Assembly: GCA_012513065.1 (NCBI GenBank)
Contig: JAAZCX010000012.1
Location: 31,938 to 95,937 of the forward strand
From: Clostridiaceae bacterium
GTDB taxonomy: Bacteria > Bacillota > Clostridia > TANB77 > CAG-508
Reading direction: 5' to 3'
Length of the DNA: 64,000 nucleotides
The notes beneath the pieces were generated by a model. It saw nothing but the letters and a program-made list of their open reading frames with translations. It did no database searches and was not told the DNA's origin. The position numbers and the translations under genes are program-made. Shown piece after piece: positions 8,823 through 18,786 of the stretch; position 1 is the first letter of the stretch, and each line of letters opens with the position of its first letter.

Positions 8823-11204
8823 ATGAAAAAGAAAAACGAATTATCATACCAAGATTTGAAAGTGACTTGTAATCCAGATATCTTTAACTTTGAAGATACT
8901 TCTGAATTAGAATCTGTTAATACTGAAATTGGTCAGGAACGTGGAATAAAAGCTTTAGAATTTGGTGTAAATGTAGATACTAAAGGTTATAACTTATACT
9001 TAGAAGGTCCTGGTGGTGTTGGAAAAACTATGTATGCCAAGAATTATTTAGATAAAATTTCTAAAAAAGAAAAAGTTCCTTCTGACTGGTGTTATATTTA
9101 TAATTTTGAAAATCCAAACGAGCCTATTGCCGTTTCTTTTACTGCAGGTCAAGGAAAAGAATTTAAAGAAACTATGGATTCTTTTGTAAAAGATATTCGT
9201 AATGATATTAAATCTACTTTTAATAATGATGATTTTGAAAAAGAAAAAACTTTAATTAAACAAGTTTTTGAAGAAAAACGTGCTTCTTTATTAGATAAAT
9301 TAAATAAAGAATCTGAAAAACATGGTTTTCAAGTAAAATCTGCACAAAATGGTATTTACATGATGCCTGTAATAGATGGTAAAACTATTGAAGAAGAAGA
9401 ATTTGATAAATTAGCTCCAGAAATAAAACAACAATTTGAAGAAAAATCTCCTATTGTTCAACAACAAATAATGGAAGTAATTGGTCAAATAAAAGAAATG
9501 GAACGTGCTTCTGATAAACGATTAGAAGAATGGCAATCTAACATAGCTCTTCTTACTGTCAATTCTCATATAAATTATATTAAAGGCAAATATAAAAGAA
9601 ATAAAAAAGTAAATAAATTTTTAAATGATATTAAATTAGATATATTAAAAAACATATCTTTATTTACTGCTAAAGAAGATCCAAAACAAGCTCAAATGCA
9701 AGGTCCTAAACAAGAAATGCCAAAACCTTGGTTAAATTATAGAGTAAACTTATTTATTGATAATAGTCATTTAGAAGGCTCTCCTGTTATTATGGACTCT
9801 AACTATTCTTATCATAATATTTTTGGTAAATTAGAATACGAAAATTATTATGGATCACTAAAAACTGATTATACAATGTTAAAACCAGGTTTACTTCAAA
9901 TAGCAAATGGTGGATACATTATTTTTCAAGCTAAAGATTTATTAGCAAATGGAATTTGTTATGAGGCTTTAAAGAAAGCTTTAAGAATTAAACATCTTTC
10001 AATTGAAAACAATGTTGACCAACGTTCATCTATGGTTATGATTTCTTTAAAACCAGAACCTATTCCTTTAGATTTAAAAGTAATAATGGTTGGAAATGAT
10101 ACCATTTATCAATCTTTACTTGCTATGGATAGTGATTTTAGAAAACTATTTAAAATAAAAGTAGAATTTGAAGAAGATGCCCCTATTACTCAAGAAAACA
10201 TTAATAAATTAGCAAGATTTATCCATGGATTCTGTGAAAAAGAAGAACTTCCTCATCTAGATAAAAAAGCTGTTGCACGAATTGTTGAATATGCATCAAA
10301 ACTTTCTGGTGATAGAGATACTATATCTACACGTTTTACAGATATAGCTCAAATTATTAGTGAGGCTGCAACATGGACTAAAATGGATAAAAAGAAAATA
10401 GTTACATCTGAATATATTGATATTGCATTAAAAGAAAGAATTGAACGTGTAAAAAAATATGATAGTAAATATATGAAAATGATTAAAGATAATACTTTAT
10501 TAATTGATACTAAAGGTTCAAAAATCGGTCAAATAAATGGACTTACAGTTATGACTATTGGAGATTATACTTTTGGAAAACCAGTAAAAATAACAGCAAA
10601 TACTTATACTGGAAAAACTGGAGTTGTCAATGTTGAAAGAGAAGTTGAACTTTCTGGTTCTTCTCATTCTAAAGGTGTATTAATTTTAACTGGTTATTTA
10701 GGCGAAATGTTTGCACAAAACATTCCTCTTTCTCTTACTGCAAGTATTTGTTTTGAACAGTTATATAACGGTGTTGATGGTGATAGTGCTTCTAGTACTG
10801 AGTTATATGCAATTCTTTCAAGTTTATCTGGAATACCAATTAATCAATCTATTAGCGTTACTGGTTCTGTTAATCAAAAAGGTGAAATTCAACCTATTGG
10901 TGGCGTTAATGATAAAATAGAAGGTTTCTTCCAAATATGTAAAATGAGAGGATTAGACGGATCTCATGGTGTTATTATACCAATTCAAAACATTAAAAAT
11001 TTAAGTTTATCTCAAGAAATTGTTGATGCAGTCAAAAATAAACAATTTCATATATATGCAATTTCTACAATAGATGAAGGAATTGAAATATTAACTGGAG
11101 TACCTGCTGGAAAAAAAGATTCTAATGGTAGATTTCCATCAGGCTCTATAAATTATCTAGTACAAGAAAAATTAATAAAATATTCTAAAGTAAGTAGAGA
11201 TTAA
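8823..11204 (+). CDS. Lon-like ATP-dependent protease (AAA+ plus S16 Lon proteolytic domain, LonB/LonC-type), 793 aa
   Basis: Walker A GPGGVGKT; C-terminal Lon protease domain with catalytic-Ser context DGDSASST and a conserved K downstream. Confidence 0.8.
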   Translation: MKKKNELSYQDLKVTCNPDIFNFEDTSELESVNTEIGQERGIKALEFGVNVDTKGYNLYLEGPGGVGKTMYAKNYLDKISKKEKVPSDWCYIYNFENPNEPIAVSFTAGQGKEFKETMDSFVKDIRNDIKSTFNNDDFEKEKTLIKQVFEEKRASLLDKLNKESEKHGFQVKSAQNGIYMMPVIDGKTIEEEEFDKLAPEIKQQFEEKSPIVQQQIMEVIGQIKEMERASDKRLEEWQSNIALLTVNSHINYIKGKYKRNKKVNKFLNDIKLDILKNISLFTAKEDPKQAQMQGPKQEMPKPWLNYRVNLFIDNSHLEGSPVIMDSNYSYHNIFGKLEYENYYGSLKTDYTMLKPGLLQIANGGYIIFQAKDLLANGICYEALKKALRIKHLSIENNVDQRSSMVMISLKPEPIPLDLKVIMVGNDTIYQSLLAMDSDFRKLFKIKVEFEEDAPITQENINKLARFIHGFCEKEELPHLDKKAVARIVEYASKLSGDRDTISTRFTDIAQIISEAATWTKMDKKKIVTSEYIDIALKERIERVKKYDSKYMKMIKDNTLLIDTKGSKIGQINGLTVMTIGDYTFGKPVKITANTYTGKTGVVNVEREVELSGSSHSKGVLILTGYLGEMFAQNIPLSLTASICFEQLYNGVDGDSASSTELYAILSSLSGIPINQSISVTGSVNQKGEIQPIGGVNDKIEGFFQICKMRGLDGSHGVIIPIQNIKNLSLSQEIVDAVKNKQFHIYAISTIDEGIEILTGVPAGKKDSNGRFPSGSINYLVQEKLIKYSKVSRD

Positions 11205-11297
11205 TATTGTTATATTTTATATAATTACAAAAAAAGAACTAAAATAATAGTTCTTTTTTTGTAGATAATTTGAAGAGCAATATAGTGTAATCTTTGT

Positions 11298-12014
11298 TTA
11301 TATAATAAAATTACAAATTAAATTCAGCATTATTAACACTATAGTTTTAATAATACAATTTAGTATCAATATATAATTAGAAGCTGGTATTCCTATTATA
11401 TTTATTTCTTCATATTTATTTATAACTTCATTTACTTCTTTAATTTCACATACTTTATTTTCTTTTATATAATTTTCCATATATTCTTTTGCTACATATT
11501 TAGCTTTAATCATAGCATCCATTTCTAAAAATGATCTAATAACATAATATATAAAACTCATTACTAAAAAGACATAAATTAAAATATTTGTATTTTTTAT
11601 TATTCCAAATCCAATAATTATCAAGCTAACTATAAAATATAATAAATATAAATTTGAATAAATAAAATTAAATAATAGTACTTTTCTATTTTGTATAGAA
11701 TGTAAACATTCATGTGCTATTGTTTGTATTCTTGTATAACTTTCTTTTATATTTCCTATATATATTTTATTAGAAATAACAACATATAAACTTGTCTTAC
11801 TTTCCTTTTCTTCTTTAATCTTTGTACTTTTATTATTTAGCATTTTTAATATAGTCTGGCATATTTCTTTGTTTTCTGGAAACTTATTTACTATATTATC
11901 TAATTTTTGATTTTTTGCAGCTTTTATTATATCTTTAATATTTATATCAAAGATATAATAAAGTAAAAATATAAGTATTATTAATACATTTAAAAAAATT
12001 ATATTTTCTAACAT
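11298..12014 (-). CDS. membrane protein with an HExxH zinc-peptidase-like motif (AHECLHS), 238 aa
   Basis: Two N-terminal and three C-terminal TM segments flank an HECLH motif; family not recognised. Confidence 0.35.
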   Translation of the reverse strand: MLENIIFLNVLIILIFLLYYIFDINIKDIIKAAKNQKLDNIVNKFPENKEICQTILKMLNNKSTKIKEEKESKTSLYVVISNKIYIGNIKESYTRIQTIAHECLHSIQNRKVLLFNFIYSNLYLLYFIVSLIIIGFGIIKNTNILIYVFLVMSFIYYVIRSFLEMDAMIKAKYVAKEYMENYIKENKVCEIKEVNEVINKYEEINIIGIPASNYILILNCIIKTIVLIMLNLICNFII

Positions 12015-12123
12015 ATTTTATAATTTCTCCTTTATTTATTTTGTTATTTTGTTAAAACTTTTTTTATTTTATATTATATATAAATAAAAAGTCGTAAATT
12101 ATTATTTACGACTTTTTTCGACA

Positions 12124-12456
12124 TTATAACACATCTTTTACTGACTCTGCTATTATTTTATTAACATCTGCAAGCATTACATTGAATTTTACTTCTAAAT
12201 CAAAATATTCTTTTATTTCTTTATTTTCAATTAGAATTGTATACATATCTTGTAATTTTTTATTTTTTTCTTGTTCTACTTCTTTTCCTTGCATTGCTAA
12301 TACTTGTATCTCATAACGCATTTTCTCAAATTCATCAATTTTTAATTTTAATTCTGAATTTGATTCTAACATTTTTTTTGCTTCTTTATATTTTACATAT
12401 TCTTCAGATTTTTTAATTTCTGTTGCTAATTGGTTTGCTGTATCATATACATTCAT
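12124..12456 (-). CDS. YlbF/YmcA(RicA)-family regulatory protein
   Basis: 110-aa helical protein, MNVYDTANQLATEIKKSEEY..., typical UPF0342 size and composition. Confidence 0.5.
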   Translation of the reverse strand: MNVYDTANQLATEIKKSEEYVKYKEAKKMLESNSELKLKIDEFEKMRYEIQVLAMQGKEVEQEKNKKLQDMYTILIENKEIKEYFDLEVKFNVMLADVNKIIAESVKDVL

Positions 12457-12492
12457 ATTTTATATTCTCCTCTTTATGTATTTTAATAAATT

Positions 12493-13785
12493 TTATGCAT
12501 ATGCATGTTTTTTCTTGAAAGCTAATAAATTTGTAATCTCTGTATCTGTATTTTTTGGTCTTCTTGCTTTTTCTGCATTTTCTTGTACAATTTGATTCGC
12601 TTGACGCTCTGCCATTGTTTGGCATATTGCTTTTTGATAAGTAAAATGTGTATCTTGTGCAATTTTATTCCAGTTATATAATTCTTTTACTTTTGCTTTA
12701 GCATTTTTTGACACAGTATTTGCTAATTGGTGATCATATAATAAGCTTAAAATTGAATCTGCAATTGAATTTGAATTTCCTGCATAACTTTTCATTCCTG
12801 TTATTCCATGATCAACTATTTCGTTTAGTCCTCCTACATCTGATACTACTGTAGGTACTCCTGCTAGCATTGCTTCTAGTGCTACTATTCCAAATGGTTC
12901 ATAAGTACTTGGAAATACTGCAATATCAGCACATTTATACATTTTTTGTACTTGTTTTGAATTCAAATATCCAGTAAAGTAAACTTTATTTTCTATATTC
13001 ATTGCTTTTACTTGTGCTTTTAATTCGTCAATCATTCCACCTTTTCCTGCAATAATTAATTTTGCATCATTGTAACCATTTAATATTTTTGGCATTGATG
13101 AAATTAAATGTTGAATTCCTTTTTCATATACAAGTCTTCCCACATATAAAATTATTTTTTCATTATCTAATGCATATTGTCTTCTAAATTCATAATCTCT
13201 TTCAATTCCATTAAAGTTTGTTAAATTTATTCCATTTGGAACTACATTTATTTTATCAAAAGGTAATCCAAATAGTCCTTGAATATGCCCTTTCATAAAA
13301 TTACTATTAACTATAACTTCTGTTGCTTCATAAGTAAGCATCCATTCTGTATCATTTATATATCTTTGTGTTTCATCATGAATTCCACTATTTCTACCAG
13401 ATTCTGTAGCATGTATTGTTGCTACAATTGGTATGTTATATGCATGTTTTAATGTTTTTGCACTATTTGCTACTAACCAATCATGTGCATGTATTACATC
13501 AAAGTTACCTTCTTTATTAATTATTTCTGATGCTTTTTCAACCATATTAAAGTTTAATTGCATTATCCATTCAATAAAATTGTTTGGTCTTATATTGTAA
13601 TTATCTACTCTATATACTTTAACTCCTTTATCGTTTTCAAAATAAGGGGTATCACCATCACGATATGTTACTACTGTAACATCGTGACCATCCTTTATCA
13701 TTCTTTTTGATAAGTCGTGTACAACTCTAGCAATTCCTCCTACTATTCTTGGTGGATATTCCCATGTTAGCATTAATATTTTCAT
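12493..13785 (-). CDS. GT4-family glycosyltransferase (glycogen synthase-like). The start is placed at MKILMLTWEYPP rather than at the longer ORF.
   Basis: GT-B fold motifs (EPFGIVALEAMLAGVP...); RBS AAAGGGGCC before the ATG at 13785; neighbours glgP and the GH57 branching enzyme. Confidence 0.65.
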   Translation of the reverse strand: MKILMLTWEYPPRIVGGIARVVHDLSKRMIKDGHDVTVVTYRDGDTPYFENDKGVKVYRVDNYNIRPNNFIEWIMQLNFNMVEKASEIINKEGNFDVIHAHDWLVANSAKTLKHAYNIPIVATIHATESGRNSGIHDETQRYINDTEWMLTYEATEVIVNSNFMKGHIQGLFGLPFDKINVVPNGINLTNFNGIERDYEFRRQYALDNEKIILYVGRLVYEKGIQHLISSMPKILNGYNDAKLIIAGKGGMIDELKAQVKAMNIENKVYFTGYLNSKQVQKMYKCADIAVFPSTYEPFGIVALEAMLAGVPTVVSDVGGLNEIVDHGITGMKSYAGNSNSIADSILSLLYDHQLANTVSKNAKAKVKELYNWNKIAQDTHFTYQKAICQTMAERQANQIVQENAEKARRPKNTDTEITNLLAFKKKHAYA

Positions 13786-14164
13786 TGATATTAAGGCCCC
13801 TTTCTTTCTAATTTTCTTTTGTTTTTCTTTTGTTTTTCTTTTTAATATTCTATACAACATTTTGATAAAAGTAAACATTTTTTGATAAAATATTTTATTT
13901 TTTTCATTAAATTTCAAATTTTTAGGTTATAAATCATATTTAATTTATAACCTATTTTTTCTCCATTTATATATTTAATATTACATTTTACATGTTTTTC
14001 TTATAAAGAATAACATATTTGGTAAATATATACAATTATTTTTTTATTACATTTATGTAACAAAATTGTAATAATATTTATGTGTTGTTAGACTTGAATT
14101 TATTTTCTTTTTGATATAGTATATATAAAGATAATTATGTGTATTTTACTAAGGAGGAAATTTC

Positions 14165-15022
14165 ATGCCAAGAAAAGCAAAAGAAGAAGAAATAATATTA
14201 GATAAAAAAATAGAAAAAAAGAAAACTACTACGTCAAAAGAGACTAGTAGCAAGAAAAATACAAATAATTCTAAAAAATCTACTTCAAAATCAACAAAAG
14301 TAGGTTCTAAAAGTGTTACTTCAAAAACTTCTAATAAAAAATCTCCTGTAAAATCAACAAAAAAAGTAAATACAAAAACTGAAAAAATAACAAAAAAAGC
14401 AACTAAAAAAGTTGCTAATAAAAAAATAGAAATTGTAGAGTATTATGATTTACCTTATCGTTATAATCAAACAGTTGTTAAAGTACTTGCCCAAACTCCT
14501 ACTACCCTTTTTGTGTATTGGGATATTTCAGATGAAGATAAAAATAAATATATAGAACAATATGGAGAATATTTCTTTAATAATACAAAACCGGTTTTAA
14601 AAGTTTACAATATTACAAAAGGATATGATTTCGAAGTCGCTATTAATGACTTTTCTAATAGTTGGTACTTATCTGTTTCTGATAGTAATTGTGATTATAA
14701 AATAGAACTTGCTAGACGTCCTATTAACCAATATGTAAGTATTAATAATGATTATTTGTATATTGCTTCATCAAATGAAATAGACTCTCCAAATGATCAT
14801 ATTTTATTTGATGAACTTTCAAAATTTGTATATTTTAAAAATGTAAAAAACAATAAAATTGAAAAAAAGGATATTACAAATTTATTTTTACTTAAAAAAA
14901 TAAATAAATTATATTCTATCCAAAACTTTTATAAAGAATTATATCCAGAGGAAGCAATTAATATAGATAGATTAGATTTAAAAAATCCATCTTCTAATAA
15001 TCCTACCTCTAGTTTTAAATAA
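14165..15022 (+). CDS. DUF4912-like protein with a Lys/Ser-rich N-terminal tail, usually partnered with a GH57 branching enzyme
   Basis: AGGAGG RBS; K/S/T-rich first 90 aa, then a conserved YYDLPYRYNQTV...FVYWDISDED core. Confidence 0.5.
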   Translation: MPRKAKEEEIILDKKIEKKKTTTSKETSSKKNTNNSKKSTSKSTKVGSKSVTSKTSNKKSPVKSTKKVNTKTEKITKKATKKVANKKIEIVEYYDLPYRYNQTVVKVLAQTPTTLFVYWDISDEDKNKYIEQYGEYFFNNTKPVLKVYNITKGYDFEVAINDFSNSWYLSVSDSNCDYKIELARRPINQYVSINNDYLYIASSNEIDSPNDHILFDELSKFVYFKNVKNNKIEKKDITNLFLLKKINKLYSIQNFYKELYPEEAINIDRLDLKNPSSNNPTSSFK

Positions 15023-15042
15023 ATCAACAAAGGAGAATTTTA

Positions 15043-16635
15043 ATGAATGAGCCAAAAGGATATGTGAGCTTTGTGCTTCATGCACATTTACCATTTATTC
15101 ACCATCCAGAAAGTGAAAATTATTTAGAAGAGCAATGGCTTTTTGAAGCTATTTCAGAAACTTATATTCCTCTTTTATTAAATTTTCAAAAATTAGTGGA
15201 AGAAAAAGTAGACTTTCGTATTACTATGTCTATGACTCCTCCACTTTTAAATATGTTGGATAATAAATTATTACAACAAAAATATATTAAATATTTAAAA
15301 AAACATATAGAACTTGCTAAAAAAGAGACTACAAGAACTACATATGATTCTCATTTAAATAGTCTTTCTCATTATTATTTAGATCGTTATACTAATGATT
15401 TACATGTTTTTCATGATATTTACAATGATAATATAATACAAGGTTTTAAACATTTTCAAGATATTGGTGTTTTAGAAATAATTACTTGTGGTGCAACTCA
15501 TGGATACTTTCCTATATTATATATAACAGAACAAACTGTTAAAGCACAAATTGCAGTAGGTGTACAAACTTATGAAAAATACTTTGATAAAAAACCTCGT
15601 GGTATTTGGCTTCCTGAATGTGGATATGTTCCAGAAGCAGATAAATATCTTAAAGAATTTGGTATTGAATATATAATTACAGAATCTCATGGTATTTTAT
15701 ATGCAGACCCTACTCCTATATATGGTACTTTCTCTCCTATAGTTTCAAAAGAAGGCATCATAGCTTTTGGACGTGATATGGAATCTTCTAGACAAGTTTG
15801 GAGTTCCATTAATGGATATCCTGGAGATTTTAATTATCGCGAATTTTATAGAGATGTTGGATATGATGCTGATTATGATTATATTAAGCCTTATATTGCT
15901 CATAATGGTGTTAGAGTTCATACTGGTATTAAATATCATAGAATTACAGGAAAAGACTGTGAAAAAGATTATTACCATATTGATTGGGCAAAAGATTCAG
16001 CTGAAAAACAAGCAGGACACTTTTTAGATTCTAGAATAAAACAAGTTGATACAATTTCTAAATATATGGATGAAAAACCGCCTATTATTTTATGCCCTTA
16101 TGATGCTGAATTATATGGACATTGGTGGTATGAAGGCCCTTATTGGTTATATATATTATTTAAAAAAATTAATTTCGACCAAAAAAATATAAAATTAATT
16201 ACCCCTGGAGAATATATTGATAAATATCCAGAAATACAAGTGTGCACACCTTGTCGTTCTAGTTGGGGTGCTAATGGGTATAGTGAAGTATGGTTAAATG
16301 AAACAAATGATGATGTTCACCGCCATTTACATGTAGCTGGTGATAAAATGGTAGAATTAGCTCATTTATATGAAAATGAACAAGATACATTAAAAGTTTC
16401 ACTTCTAAACCAATGTGCAAGAGAATTACTACTTGCACAAAGTAGCGATTGGTTGTTTATAATTACAAATGGAACTATGGTAGATTATGCTAAAAAACGT
16501 ATTAAGGATCATATAGGACGTTTTACAAGATTATATGAAGAAATAAAAAAAGATAAAATTGATGAAAGTTTTCTAAAAAATATAGAAGAAAAAGATTGTA
16601 TATTCCCTGAAATAGATTATAAAATATATTTATAA
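15043..16635 (+). CDS. GH57-family 1,4-alpha-glucan branching enzyme
   Basis: N-terminus YVSFVLHAHLPFIHHPE and the ...GHWWYEGPYWL region are typical of GH57. Confidence 0.8.
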   Translation: MNEPKGYVSFVLHAHLPFIHHPESENYLEEQWLFEAISETYIPLLLNFQKLVEEKVDFRITMSMTPPLLNMLDNKLLQQKYIKYLKKHIELAKKETTRTTYDSHLNSLSHYYLDRYTNDLHVFHDIYNDNIIQGFKHFQDIGVLEIITCGATHGYFPILYITEQTVKAQIAVGVQTYEKYFDKKPRGIWLPECGYVPEADKYLKEFGIEYIITESHGILYADPTPIYGTFSPIVSKEGIIAFGRDMESSRQVWSSINGYPGDFNYREFYRDVGYDADYDYIKPYIAHNGVRVHTGIKYHRITGKDCEKDYYHIDWAKDSAEKQAGHFLDSRIKQVDTISKYMDEKPPIILCPYDAELYGHWWYEGPYWLYILFKKINFDQKNIKLITPGEYIDKYPEIQVCTPCRSSWGANGYSEVWLNETNDDVHRHLHVAGDKMVELAHLYENEQDTLKVSLLNQCARELLLAQSSDWLFIITNGTMVDYAKKRIKDHIGRFTRLYEEIKKDKIDESFLKNIEEKDCIFPEIDYKIYL

Positions 16636-16738
16636 ATCAAGTTACCAAAAGACCCCTTTCTGAATAAAATATGTATATCTAAATTCATTTTAGTAGATAA
16701 TAAATACATATATTATGCAGAGAGGGGATTTTTTCATA

Positions 16739-17611
16739 ATGAAATCTTTTTGTTTAAAAACAAATAATCAAGAAATAATTAATTACCTACTAAAAAGATT
16801 AGAAAATTCTTCAATAGAAGATATTTATTTTATAAATAAGAAATTTAAATGTTATCAAAATGTAATTGTTCATTATAAAGGTACAAATTTGTATTCTTTT
16901 TTAGGAATTTTATCTGATATATTAACTGATTGTATTTTATTATTTTTTGAACCAATTTTAATAAAAAGAATTATAACTTGTGAATATTTTTATTTTGATG
17001 AATTAGAAAAAAAACTTATTGAAAATAATTGTTATGAATATATTTTATCTGAAGAAAATTCTACTTTAAAATATAGAAAAAATGAAATATGGACATCTGT
17101 AATATCTTATATAAATGAAAATAAATCTGTAATAATAGATGGATTTGTTAGTTTTCGATTAGAAAACTATTCGAAAACTTTAGATGAAATAGTAGACTTT
17201 TGCGTTAAGGAATATGTTATTGAAAAAGAATATAACGAATTTATAAATTTACTTCAAATATATATAAATTCAAAACAACCTATTTCATCTTTAATACATT
17301 TAGTATATACAAATGGTGAATCTATTCTTTTAGATGAAAATAAAAATATAATAAATTTACAAAATTCTAATTTTGATGCAAAATATCTTTCTGATATTTC
17401 ATTTTCATCAAACGATTATGCTTTAAACGCGTTACTTACTCTACTTCCTAAGAAAATAGAACTTCATTTAATAAGTTACAGCGATGAATTTGTGGATACT
17501 TTAAAATTAATTTTTGGTGATAAGTTATCTATCTGCACAGATTGTAATATCTGTAGAACTTATCGAGTTTTAAATAATGTGAATCTAAAAAATATTCTAG
17601 ATACAAATTAA
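16739..17611 (+). CDS. putative sporulation protein YtxC-like
   Basis: About 290 aa, size and composition match the YtxC family; RBS AGAGGGG. Confidence 0.4.
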   Translation: MKSFCLKTNNQEIINYLLKRLENSSIEDIYFINKKFKCYQNVIVHYKGTNLYSFLGILSDILTDCILLFFEPILIKRIITCEYFYFDELEKKLIENNCYEYILSEENSTLKYRKNEIWTSVISYINENKSVIIDGFVSFRLENYSKTLDEIVDFCVKEYVIEKEYNEFINLLQIYINSKQPISSLIHLVYTNGESILLDENKNIINLQNSNFDAKYLSDISFSSNDYALNALLTLLPKKIELHLISYSDEFVDTLKLIFGDKLSICTDCNICRTYRVLNNVNLKNILDTN

Positions 17612-17671
17612 TATTATAAAATAAAATTTAAATTACTTGTACCTAGAATATTTTTAATATTTTTGAATGTT

Positions 17672-18052
17672 TTAAATATTATCTAATCCTCCATCTATTT
17701 CGTATAATTTCGTATATCTAACTTTTTTTAATATTTCAACTGCTTTTTTACTTCTTTTCCCTGTTTGACAATATACAATTATTACATTGTTTTTATTGTT
17801 TGTAATTTGACTATTATTTTTTTCTAAATCATATAATGGTATATTAATACTTCCATTTATATGCCATTCTTTATATTCTTGTGGACTTCTTACATCTACT
17901 AATACTGATTCTTTATCATTTTTAAATATAGACATAGCATTTTCATAATCTATATTATTTTCTTCTTGATTTCTATATTTTCTAAATATATTTTGTATTG
18001 TCTCATATATATTAATCTTCATTTTTATATCACTCCTTATTTTATTATGCAA
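17672..18052 (-). CDS. rhodanese-domain sulfurtransferase-like protein
   Basis: VDVRSPQEYKEWHINGSINIP...VIIVYCQTGKRS, a rhodanese active-site Cys loop. Confidence 0.6.
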   Translation of the reverse strand: MHNKIRSDIKMKINIYETIQNIFRKYRNQEENNIDYENAMSIFKNDKESVLVDVRSPQEYKEWHINGSINIPLYDLEKNNSQITNNKNNVIIVYCQTGKRSKKAVEILKKVRYTKLYEIDGGLDNI

Positions 18053-18101
18053 AAAAAATAGACATCTTATTCTATATTCTATGAAAGATGTCTATTTTTT
18101 G

Positions 18102-18767
18102 TTATTTATCTTTTTCTATTTTTATATTTTGTTTTTCTAATTTATATAAAGTAACAATTGTTGTTATTAAATATAATAAAATTGATATTGGAATTGTAAT
18201 TCTATTTATTGGTAATCTAGTAATTGAAATTATAGCAAAATATAATAATTGTACTATAACAGTAATACTAAAAAATATTAACATTTCTTTTATTATTTTT
18301 ACATTTCTACCACTTTTCTTATATATTAATAAATATACAAATAAATAAATTTCAATTACAAAAAATGATATAATTGTTGGCCATACATATGGTTTTATCA
18401 AATCTCTACCTTTTACATTTGAAACATCTGTAACTAATAGACTTTCTTTAGTATTTTCTAGTTGATACTTTTCATTTATCTTTGTGTTTAGTTGTTCTAA
18501 TTGTTCATCTGATATATTTTCTACAGTTATTGATACCATATCTTCATATAGTTCTACTTTTTTTATAATTACTTTTTCTTTTCCTATTACTTCTTTTACA
18601 ATATTCTCTATATCTTTATTTTCAAATTCTTGTCCTATATATATGTCTATTTCTTTATGTTGTTTATATATTAAATCAAAATTTAATCCAAATATAAAAG
18701 TAGTTATTATTCCTGCTATTACTATAAGAGTAATTATAATTGCAACTATTCTTGTTTTTTTATCCAT
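18102..18767 (-). CDS. hypothetical membrane protein (N-terminal TM, extracytoplasmic domain, C-terminal TM bundle)
   Basis: Hydropathy pattern; same architecture as the upstream 453-aa protein. Confidence 0.35.
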   Translation of the reverse strand: MDKKTRIVAIIITLIVIAGIITTFIFGLNFDLIYKQHKEIDIYIGQEFENKDIENIVKEVIGKEKVIIKKVELYEDMVSITVENISDEQLEQLNTKINEKYQLENTKESLLVTDVSNVKGRDLIKPYVWPTIISFFVIEIYLFVYLLIYKKSGRNVKIIKEMLIFFSITVIVQLLYFAIISITRLPINRITIPISILLYLITTIVTLYKLEKQNIKIEKDK

Positions 18768-18786
18768 TATTAATTTCTCCTTTTCC

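Noticed and set aside
12443-12625. 60-aa ORF and the long N-terminal extension of the GT4 ORF (12493..13917)
   Set aside because: The conserved glycosyltransferase begins at MKILMLTWEYPP (13785), which has an RBS. The upstream K/R-rich extension has no RBS and is likely read-through of the 5' UTR.
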